From a bacterium (lineage in GTDB: Bacteria > Bdellovibrionota > FAC87 > UBA2466): a DNA stretch of 28,785 nucleotides. Location: contig JAIEOG010000319.1 of the NCBI GenBank assembly GCA_019750655.1, positions 1 to 28,785 on the forward strand, given 5' to 3'. The position numbers and the translations under genes are program-made. Positions 7,999-14,259 of this stretch are shown in pieces; the first letter of the stretch is position 1; each line of letters begins with the position of its first letter. Below the pieces are notes generated by a model. That model was not told the DNA's origin. It did not search any database and worked only from the letters and a program-made list of their open reading frames with translations.

Positions 7999-9583
7999 TC
8001 CCATTAGCTGGCTCATTGTCATTCTCGGGTTTCACCCGCTCTTCCTAATTCCATTCGAACCAACTCTTAAAGAATACCTCGTTTTAATGGTGGTAGACTC
8101 CACCGCCCTTTTCTTCGCAATGAAGATTGAACTGGCTGCTTTTTTGCGGAAATACCCACCGCCGGTAGAAAACATTTTCGATTTTGATGGCGAGAAGCTT
8201 TCGCGGCTACCCCTAGATCAACGGCGCAAGTTCTACGAGTACTACACGACATTCCCCTCGCGCCGCGCGGCTTTCACCTTGCCTGCAAGCTTCGTCAAAG
8301 CGCTCCCGGGATTTGCAGTGATTGTTTTCTATTGGCACCATGACCAGAGCTACTTCGCCCAGTTCGTGCAAGTTTTACTGGCGGCTTCGGTACCTTGGTT
8401 CTACGTTTTCGGCGCGTCGTTTATTGAAGCACATGCTTTCGTCTCTCGGAAATTCGCCGAGATGCACGAACGCTACGACTGGACAGAAGTTTTTGCAGGC
8501 GTCCGCCTTCCCGATCACCGCCGGGATTTCCGACAACACGAGAACATTTCCATGATCGCCATCGCAGGCTTTGTGATCGCGGTGCAAAGCATCGTGGTCG
8601 CGGGACATGGGCTCGATGGAGTGGAATGGCTGACACTCAAAATCACGATCATCGGTCTATCGGGCATTTGCTTGATGTCACGCATTTGGTATCTCAACCG
8701 CTCTTTCTTCTTGGGCGGTTTGGAATCCATCTTCGCAAAGCTCGCGGCGTTCGACCCACACCAACCTCAAAGAGCCCTGGCCTTGCACACCGCGCCTTTG
8801 CTCGCGCATTTCGAACTCACTTTCAATACGTTGTTGAGCAAACTGCGGGAGTATGAGCAAGAGCTCTCGCATTGGATCTACTCGGAGGCGGAGAAGAACC
8901 GCTTCAAAGCCATCGGGGAAGTCTCGGGGCTTGTGGTGCACGATATCAGCGCACCCCTGCATGTTATGAATTTCTGCGCCGAGAAACTCAAAACGGATCC
9001 CGCACCAGAAGACCGCGCAAAATACATCCACCGTATGCATGAGAGCCTAGGAATGGCGACGGAGCTGGTCGAATCGCTGCGCTCCTGGCTCAAAAACCCA
9101 AACCGTGGTTCCGCTTCGGCTGTGTATTTCGAAGCCCACACGCACGTGCTGAGGCTTTTAGAGTTGCGCTACTACGAAACCCCGGGCACCCAGATCAACT
9201 ACATCATTGATCCGCAAGTGCAGAACTTGAACATCGCGCTCCCTAAGCCGGACTTAATCCACGTCTTGTTCAATCTCTTTTCGAATAGCATTGAGAACCT
9301 ACTCTCCAACAAGACGCCGCAACCGACATTAGAAGTCGTACTGCACGCCCAAGACGCGGGCCGAGCCACCTTGCATGTCCGCGACAATGGATCGGGCTTG
9401 GATGCCGATCGCTTCGAAGAGCTCACCGGCTTTCAAACTTCCCAGAAAAGCCCCACCCGCGATGGATTAGGTTTGCGGCTCATTCGGCGCTTAGTCGAAC
9501 AGTATGGCGGCACCTTGAAGGTGGAACCCGCGCTCAGCCAAGGGACGTTGTTCCGCCTCGAACTTCCATTGAAGGCTAGCTAA
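7973..9583 (+). CDS. Membrane-bound sensor histidine kinase (~6 TM)
   Basis: About 6 hydrophobic segments in the first ~240 aa. H-box GLVVHDISAPL, N-box NLFSNS, G1 DNGSG, G2 GLGLRL. Overlaps the methyltransferase 3' end. Confidence 0.92.
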   Translation: MQDLRQVLSPISWLIVILGFHPLFLIPFEPTLKEYLVLMVVDSTALFFAMKIELAAFLRKYPPPVENIFDFDGEKLSRLPLDQRRKFYEYYTTFPSRRAAFTLPASFVKALPGFAVIVFYWHHDQSYFAQFVQVLLAASVPWFYVFGASFIEAHAFVSRKFAEMHERYDWTEVFAGVRLPDHRRDFRQHENISMIAIAGFVIAVQSIVVAGHGLDGVEWLTLKITIIGLSGICLMSRIWYLNRSFFLGGLESIFAKLAAFDPHQPQRALALHTAPLLAHFELTFNTLLSKLREYEQELSHWIYSEAEKNRFKAIGEVSGLVVHDISAPLHVMNFCAEKLKTDPAPEDRAKYIHRMHESLGMATELVESLRSWLKNPNRGSASAVYFEAHTHVLRLLELRYYETPGTQINYIIDPQVQNLNIALPKPDLIHVLFNLFSNSIENLLSNKTPQPTLEVVLHAQDAGRATLHVRDNGSGLDADRFEELTGFQTSQKSPTRDGLGLRLIRRLVEQYGGTLKVEPALSQGTLFRLELPLKAS

Positions 9584-10481
9584 ACGGGTGGACAGGCCCG
9601 GTCGGCTCCTCAGGTCTCCGGCCGAAGTACAAAGACACAGCCTCTGTACATACCGCCTGTGCAACCACCACATGCCCCTTCAGGCTTTGTGGCGTAATCT
9701 CCCGAAAATGTACCTGCCAGTCAGACCGTTTGCGCTCGCTCCCATGGTACCGCTTGCCCGCTAACCAATCGGTAAGGTGTTGGGTGTTCGGAGGGTAAAG
9801 ATAGTAGGCCTGGTGGTAGTCGGGCGTCGGCGAGAAACTCGGCTCTTCCAACAAGGCCTGTTCCTCCGACAGAAAGCCGTAACCCTGGAGACATTCTCGC
9901 TCGGCAGCATGGAGAGCCGCCGCGAGATGGCCGCGCGCGGCTGTGCCGTAGATGCGGCAGCGGCCTTCTCGGCGTGGCCAGCCAAAAATCCCGACAGTAA
10001 CCGCCTCTTCGCTGAGGCTAGAAAATGCATAAGCCTCAAATGCGTACTCGGATTCGAGCTCTCGGAAAACCCCGCTCGCCACCCAGTCCAACCGCTGGGG
10101 CAGCGTTTCGCCCCTCCACGATCGTAAAAGCCTATCGCGCTCGACCAATTCGTAAAGCGCCGCCTGAGTGGCCCGCGCGTGAGAGCCCCCTAGCGCAACC
10201 CCATTGGACTTCGAAAGCGCCCAGCTGCCTTGCACGGGCGTGGAAGGCTGCTCGAGAATGCTGATCCGTTCGAGAAGTTCGAAGTAGGCTCGCTCCATGG
10301 CCCGCCCTTCTAAGCAGGCGGCACTCCCGTGGGTTGCGAGCCGATCCCCCTGGTGGGCCACCAAACCCGCAAGCTGCAGAACATAAGGGCCACGCTGGAG
10401 GGACCGTTCAAGCACCTCTCCTAAGGCCCAGCCTTCTGGAAGCGGAACCTCTTCGCGTAACGCCTGAAGCTCAGAACTCAT
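9576..10481 (-). CDS. YcaO-like protein (compact, 301 aa)
   Basis: ATP/Mg motifs RAMERAYFELLER and SNGVALG...ALYELVERD, GTAARG...AERECLQ, and the Pro-rich C-terminus GPVHPFS. Start chosen at ATG 10481 (MSSELQ), overlapping the upstream stop. The ORF-track start 10607 lies inside the upstream gene. Confidence 0.82.
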   Translation of the reverse strand: MSSELQALREEVPLPEGWALGEVLERSLQRGPYVLQLAGLVAHQGDRLATHGSAACLEGRAMERAYFELLERISILEQPSTPVQGSWALSKSNGVALGGSHARATQAALYELVERDRLLRSWRGETLPQRLDWVASGVFRELESEYAFEAYAFSSLSEEAVTVGIFGWPRREGRCRIYGTAARGHLAAALHAAERECLQGYGFLSEEQALLEEPSFSPTPDYHQAYYLYPPNTQHLTDWLAGKRYHGSERKRSDWQVHFREITPQSLKGHVVVAQAVCTEAVSLYFGRRPEEPTGPVHPFS

Positions 10482-11130
10482 CGACCTTGCCCACTTCCTC
10501 AAAAAAGCGCTCATAGAGGTGCATCGCCATTTCGAGAGAACTGAGCATTTTCTCAACGGCACAATGGCCTGCCAGCCGATCGAGATCGTGGAGGAGTTCG
10601 GCCGCATGTTCTTTGTCCAACTCCGAGTGGTTTTTCACAACCGTCACGAAGTTTGTAGGCAGATTGCAGGCTTTTTCCAAATCCCGCAGCCATTCGGGCG
10701 ATGCCACTACAGTCAGGTACTCCGCCAAGAATATGTAAGCGAGGTAGAGGGACGGATCTTCCTTGATCAGCGCAAAAACGTAATTCTCCAGGGCTAGGAC
10801 GTAAAACGAGACGCGCCGCTGATCGCGGACATCAAACTTTTCTACTAAGCGTTCCACATCGCGAGCCGCCCAGAGGTCGTGATCGACTTCCTCGTGGATC
10901 TTGGAGGCGAAATAGGCAGCGAGTTCGGGCTCATTGCGCCTTAAGGCTTCTGCCTGCGCCGACTTTAAATGGTGCGGCGTTTTGGCAATCATGTAGTGCA
11001 CGTTATTGAGGTAATGAAAAAGATTGCGCGGCTTGAGCGATCCATTGCGCGTGTTTACGAAAAAAGGCGACTGCTGCGCCTGCAGACTCGCCCACTTGGC
11101 GACTTTCACTTGTAGTAATTGCGATATCAT
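10471..11130 (-). CDS. Heme-oxygenase-like dimetal oxidase (HDO; TenA/PqqC/CADD-like iron-containing redox enzyme)
   Basis: All-helical 219 aa with ligand-type motifs IHEEVDHD, LAEYL and HSELDKEH (H-x3-D-x2-H). ATG 11130 is preceded by GGAG (11140-11137). Confidence 0.85.
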   Translation of the reverse strand: MISQLLQVKVAKWASLQAQQSPFFVNTRNGSLKPRNLFHYLNNVHYMIAKTPHHLKSAQAEALRRNEPELAAYFASKIHEEVDHDLWAARDVERLVEKFDVRDQRRVSFYVLALENYVFALIKEDPSLYLAYIFLAEYLTVVASPEWLRDLEKACNLPTNFVTVVKNHSELDKEHAAELLHDLDRLAGHCAVEKMLSSLEMAMHLYERFFEEVGKVDEF

Positions 11131-11153
11131 AGGCTTCTCCCAAGAAATCCAGC

Positions 11154-11183
11154 GCCGGCCCTCTGGCACACCAGAGAACCGGC
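11154..11183 (-). promoter_or_regulatory. Stem-loop between the small ORF and the HDO gene (mRNA stabiliser/attenuator-like)
   Basis: Minus strand GCCGGTTCTCTGG-TGTG-CCAGAGGGCCGGC: a 13-bp stem (2 G-U pairs) with a 4-nt loop, 10 nt after the small-ORF stop. No U-tract follows. Confidence 0.7.
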
Positions 11184-11193
11184 TTTTCCAGCA

Positions 11194-11226
11194 TTAGATG
11201 CAATACTGCGCGAATTTCTTCATCAT
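11194..11226 (-). CDS. Putative 10-aa precursor peptide MMKKFAQYCI
   Basis: Minus strand: TGA(GNAT stop)AAGGAGG-CCCCC-ATG ATG AAG AAA TTC GCG CAG TAT TGC ATC TAA. A perfect Shine-Dalgarno lies 5 nt (or 8 nt) from the ATG, in the gap between GNAT and HDO, followed by a hairpin. Confidence 0.68.
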   Translation of the reverse strand: MMKKFAQYCI

Positions 11227-11238
11227 GGGGGCCTCCTT

Positions 11239-11856
11239 TCAATGCTGCAGCTGGGGTTTGGTCCCCCAACAAAACTGTTTCAAAAACGCTTCGAGACTCC
11301 GCTGCGTTAGAAATTTCGTGAGACACACATTGGCTCCCCAGCGCTCGGAAAGCTCATAGCCCGTTACGGTGAATCCGAGCTTGGTCAAGATATGGATATT
11401 GGCGAGATTCGCCGGCGAGACATGGGCCTGCGCACGCTCCATCCCCCGCGCCGCGAGCGCCTCCAAAAAGCGAGCGAAAAACTCTTGGAAGTGCCCCTGC
11501 CCTTGGTGTGAGGGCAGAAAGGAAACATGGCGCAGATAGTAAGTGCTCCAATCGAGCGCATTGCCGACGTACACCCCTACCGTGCGGCCCTCGTCGTGGA
11601 AACGGAAGAGATCCGCGTGGCGGCTGTAGAATCCCTCCTTCTCCGCCCAAGATTCCGGCAGGGGCGAAAAACCGCCCTCCGCGATTGAAGCGGCGTAGAT
11701 TTCTTTGAAATGGCGCTGGAAAAACTCTCGGACCGTAGCGATAGATGTCTCTTCGGCTTGAATGCCCCCGCTTAAGCGGCAGGGGAAAAAAGGAGCCCAC
11801 GTGCCGGGATCGGAGTGGGTTGGGTTCTCTCTCATCTCTGAAATCGAGTGAGTCAT
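11239..11856 (-). CDS. GNAT-family N-acyltransferase
   Basis: Motif A FLPSHQGQGHF and motif B VSPANLANIHILTKLGF. ATG preceded by AGGGGG. Confidence 0.85.
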   Translation of the reverse strand: MTHSISEMRENPTHSDPGTWAPFFPCRLSGGIQAEETSIATVREFFQRHFKEIYAASIAEGGFSPLPESWAEKEGFYSRHADLFRFHDEGRTVGVYVGNALDWSTYYLRHVSFLPSHQGQGHFQEFFARFLEALAARGMERAQAHVSPANLANIHILTKLGFTVTGYELSERWGANVCLTKFLTQRSLEAFLKQFCWGTKPQLQH

Positions 11857-11906
11857 ACGGCCCCCTAGTCCCGAGAACTAAACAACGCTAGGGGGGCAAG
11901 TTCGAG

Positions 11907-11941
11907 TTAAGTCCCCTTTTTTTCGGTTAGGAATTATTAAC
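11907..11941 (-). promoter_or_regulatory. Phased CTTAA-like half-sites upstream of the GNAT-peptide-HDO-YcaO operon
   Basis: Minus strand GTTAA (11941-37), CCTAA (11931-27) and CTTAA (11911-07) lie in an exact 10-bp register. CTTAACTCG is shared with 6887-6895. Confidence 0.45.
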
Positions 11942-12668
11942 CGACGCAAGACTGGAGGCGGTAGCTACCACTCGGAAGAAACGCGATTTCGAGTCCGAGC
12001 TCGGAAATCTTTTTGCGCAAGGAAGAAAGGTGGACGTCGAGCGTCTTGGAATCCACCGCGACATCGTTCCAAACGCGTTTCAAGATTTCGTCCCGGCTCA
12101 CTTGGTACCCGGGGGAGGCATGGAAAATCGAAAGGATCTGGAATTCCTTTGCCGTGAGCCGATTCTTCTTCCCATGGGCAATCACATTCAAGGCAATGCT
12201 ATCGAGCTGGAAGAGCGGCTCGGGCGCCGCTTCACCGGCGAGCAACCTTTCGAGCTTCACAATCAACTCCCCCTTCCCAATGGGCTTTGTCAGAAAATCC
12301 CGAGCGCCAAGCTCAAAGCAGCTCCGCAGGGTATCTAGGTCGTCGACTGAGGAGAGAACAACAAAGGGAATTCCCGCTATCCGGGCCGCGCTATGGGGGC
12401 CTTTTAGAAATTGCAGGAAGGATTCTCCCGGGAGGCGCAGATCCGCTAAAAGCAGGTCGGGCCGGGGGCGAGTCTCTAAGGCGCTACAGAACTCCTCTAC
12501 CGACTGGAGGAATGTCAGGCTGTACCGTAAGGCGAGGACCTCTTCGTACACAAAGCGTACGCCGGGGTCGTCTTCGATAATCCAGATGGATTTGGAAGTA
12601 TGTCCGTTCACGCGCCCGCCTGAGGAAAAGGTTGGGCGCAAACTACTCCGCGCCAGGGTCTTCATCAA
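11937..12668 (-). CDS. OmpR/PhoB-family response regulator
   Basis: Receiver (IIEDD, LLLADLRLPG, DFLTKP) plus winged helix (LTAKEFQIL...SRDEILKRVW...TLDVHLSSLRKKI). The true start may be GTG 12611. Confidence 0.93.
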   Translation of the reverse strand: MMKTLARSSLRPTFSSGGRVNGHTSKSIWIIEDDPGVRFVYEEVLALRYSLTFLQSVEEFCSALETRPRPDLLLADLRLPGESFLQFLKGPHSAARIAGIPFVVLSSVDDLDTLRSCFELGARDFLTKPIGKGELIVKLERLLAGEAAPEPLFQLDSIALNVIAHGKKNRLTAKEFQILSIFHASPGYQVSRDEILKRVWNDVAVDSKTLDVHLSSLRKKISELGLEIAFLPSGSYRLQSCVG

Positions 12669-12679
12669 GCCCGGCGCGG

Positions 12680-12694
12680 TTAAGACTTTTTAAG
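12680..12694 (-). promoter_or_regulatory. CTTAA-N5-CTTAA direct repeat upstream of the response regulator (autoregulation candidate)
   Basis: Minus strand CTTAA AAAGT CTTAA (12694-12680), in the 43-nt intergenic gap. Confidence 0.6.
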
Positions 12695-12711
12695 CAGAAT
12701 CAGACGACGGA

Positions 12712-13479
12712 TTAGTGCTTCACAGCGGCTTTAGCCGGAGTCGCTTTCACAGCAGTACCGGGCTTAGCCGTCGAATGAGCCGACGTCGGGGTGCGGTTGC
12801 CCGTCGGAGGTGTGATACCCGGCTTCTGGCCAGGGACCGGAAGGGTTCCCGCTGCACGCACTGCCGGCGGAGGCGCCGTCACGGGGCGTTCCGTCACAAC
12901 GGCCACCAAGGTTTCGCCCTTGTCGCCCTTTTGGTTATAAAGGGAAACTTTATTGCCCCGGCTATTCCATTGCGTATAGACCAAGCCCCCTTTGGAGCAG
13001 CTTAAGCCATACTGAGAGTGGACCATCGGAGACAATTCTTTGCAATTCGCTGGGCCACTCGTTTCGGGAGTTCCCAAAATCGTGCTAGCCCGTGTCCCGT
13101 AACCTTCTACGAGTTTTTCCTGCTCGCCCATGAAAGCTTCGACGCGGGCAACGACACCAAACTTGGTCGTCACTTCAATTTGTTTAAAGAGAGGGCTAAC
13201 AGCAGCGCACTTGTACGTTTGCTCATCGCCCTTCGCGTGGCCAGGCTCGCACTTTTTAAAGGCGGGCAAAGTTTTCAGACGCTCTTCCTTCAAGCCGAGT
13301 GGGAATTGCACGATGAACATGGGTTGCGCCGTCGGGCGCTTCCCCAAGCCGCGTGTCAGCGACCCTTTCAGCTTTGGAGAGAAGTAAAACCCAGCGGCCA
13401 CACCGACAATCGCGACGAAAGCTGCTGCTGCCAAAGTTAGTTTTGCAAAACCAGACTGGTTCAAGGCTTTGATTTTCAT
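12712..13479 (-). CDS. Hypothetical membrane-anchored protein with prepilin-like N-terminus and Pro/Thr/Ala/Lys-rich tail
   Basis: MKIKALNQSG|FAKLTLAAAAFVAIVGVAAGFYF, several Cys, and a low-complexity C-terminus (TAPPPAV...TAKPGTAVKATPAKAAVKH). Confidence 0.75.
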   Translation of the reverse strand: MKIKALNQSGFAKLTLAAAAFVAIVGVAAGFYFSPKLKGSLTRGLGKRPTAQPMFIVQFPLGLKEERLKTLPAFKKCEPGHAKGDEQTYKCAAVSPLFKQIEVTTKFGVVARVEAFMGEQEKLVEGYGTRASTILGTPETSGPANCKELSPMVHSQYGLSCSKGGLVYTQWNSRGNKVSLYNQKGDKGETLVAVVTERPVTAPPPAVRAAGTLPVPGQKPGITPPTGNRTPTSAHSTAKPGTAVKATPAKAAVKH

Positions 13480-13553
13480 ACTGCACTCATCGGCTCTGCC
13501 TGAAGCCGACTTTAGATCTTCAAATAACTCGGTGCGTTGCAGAATCTGAAGAC

Positions 13554-13582
13554 TTGCTTTCCCGCGTCAGGAAAAATACTCT
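13554..13582 (+). promoter_or_regulatory. Putative sigma70 promoter of tRNA-Leu
   Basis: TTGCTT (13554-59)-N17-TACTCT (13577-82), 9 nt upstream of the tRNA. Confidence 0.5.
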
Positions 13583-13591
13583 GTCGCCTTC

Positions 13592-13674
13592 GCCGCCGTG
13601 GTGGAATGGCAGACACGCTGGTCTTAGAAGCCAGTGCCTTTGGCGTGGGGGTTCGAGTCCCTCCGGCGGCACCA
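13592..13674 (+). tRNA. tRNA-Leu (anticodon TAG)
   Basis: Acceptor GCCGCCG/CGGCGGC plus ACCA; D-loop TGGAATGGCAGAC; anticodon arm CTGGT-CTTAGAA-GCCAG; long variable arm; T-loop GGTTCGAGTCC. Confidence 0.97.
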
Positions 13675-13680
13675 TAACTA

Positions 13681-13710
13681 TTAAGGTTAACCTTAAACTT
13701 AACCTTAACC
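13681..13710. repeat. Hexamer tandem array (TTAANN)x5 including a 16-bp palindrome
   Basis: TTAAGG TTAACC TTAAAC TTAACC TTAACC. The first 16 nt (TTAAGGTTAACCTTAA) are a perfect palindrome. Confidence 0.8.
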
Positions 13711-13744
13711 TCTCCCGCCTATTGCGAGCTCAACCGGAAGGCAC

Positions 13745-13777
13745 AAAAAAAGCCCACCTTTTGGAAAAAAGGCGGGC
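13745..13777 (-). terminator. Rho-independent terminator for the minus-strand uup/hypothetical transcript
   Basis: Minus strand GCCCGCCTTTT-TTCC-AAAAGGTGGGC followed by TTTTTTT, 20 nt after the stop at 13798. Confidence 0.8.
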
Positions 13778-13797
13778 CCTATTTCTGTAACGCTGAA

Positions 13798-14184
13798 TTA
13801 CTGAGCGCTGAGTCTGAGGTAATTCGTGTTCCCGTTCTCATATTGAAAACGGTAATCCACTGCCCCATTGCACTCTTTGGACGGCCGAGCGTAACGCGTG
13901 AGTTGGAATGTTTGGTAATACGCGTTGTTCGTTAAATCGGTGTCGACCTGCATATAGAGGTATGGCGAGCGGTTTTCGTTCGCATAAGAATACCGGTGCC
14001 ACACGGCATAAGTAGCGTACGAAGCGATGAGATCCATCTTCGACCAACCCGCTGAGTCATAAATTTTAAAATAAATCCGACTCCCCGTGTCGTTCTGAAA
14101 GCAGGTCAATGCATACTCGTTATCGACGGCAAACGACTGTGCTGACGCAGTTATAAAGAATATCCCCAAGAATAGTTTTTTCAT
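13798..14184 (-). CDS. Hypothetical small secreted Tyr-rich protein
   Basis: ATG 14184 preceded by GGGAGG. Signal peptide MKKLFLGIFFITASAQSFA; two Cys; many Tyr/Asn. The ORF track starts at 14241. Confidence 0.75.
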   Translation of the reverse strand: MKKLFLGIFFITASAQSFAVDNEYALTCFQNDTGSRIYFKIYDSAGWSKMDLIASYATYAVWHRYSYANENRSPYLYMQVDTDLTNNAYYQTFQLTRYARPSKECNGAVDYRFQYENGNTNYLRLSAQ

Positions 14185-14259
14185 TGTTCCTCCCATGTTG
14201 TGAACATGCGAAAGCGTGTCGTGCAGATCCGCACTATTCAAGGAAGGCTGCGTTAGGAT

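Noticed and set aside
10482-10607. N-terminal extension of YcaO given by the ORF track
   Set aside because: It lies inside the HDO gene. ATG 10481 gives a normal short overlap.
11131-11169. N-terminal extension of HDO (GTG 11169)
   Set aside because: The start falls within the hairpin loop with no RBS, whereas ATG 11130 has GGAG.
11239-11290. GNAT C-terminus (LKQFCW) resembles the peptide end (AQYCI)
   Set aside because: Only a 3-4 residue similarity, which could be chance. It would matter only if conserved across homologous clusters.
11003-11326. 107-aa minus-strand ORF as a possible RiPP precursor
   Set aside because: It overlaps both the GNAT and HDO coding regions in another frame and has no evident RBS. 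The short ORF at 11194-11226 has much better signals.
13681-13710. CRISPR array or telomere-like repeat
   Set aside because: Only a 30-bp hexamer array, with no spacers and no cas genes.
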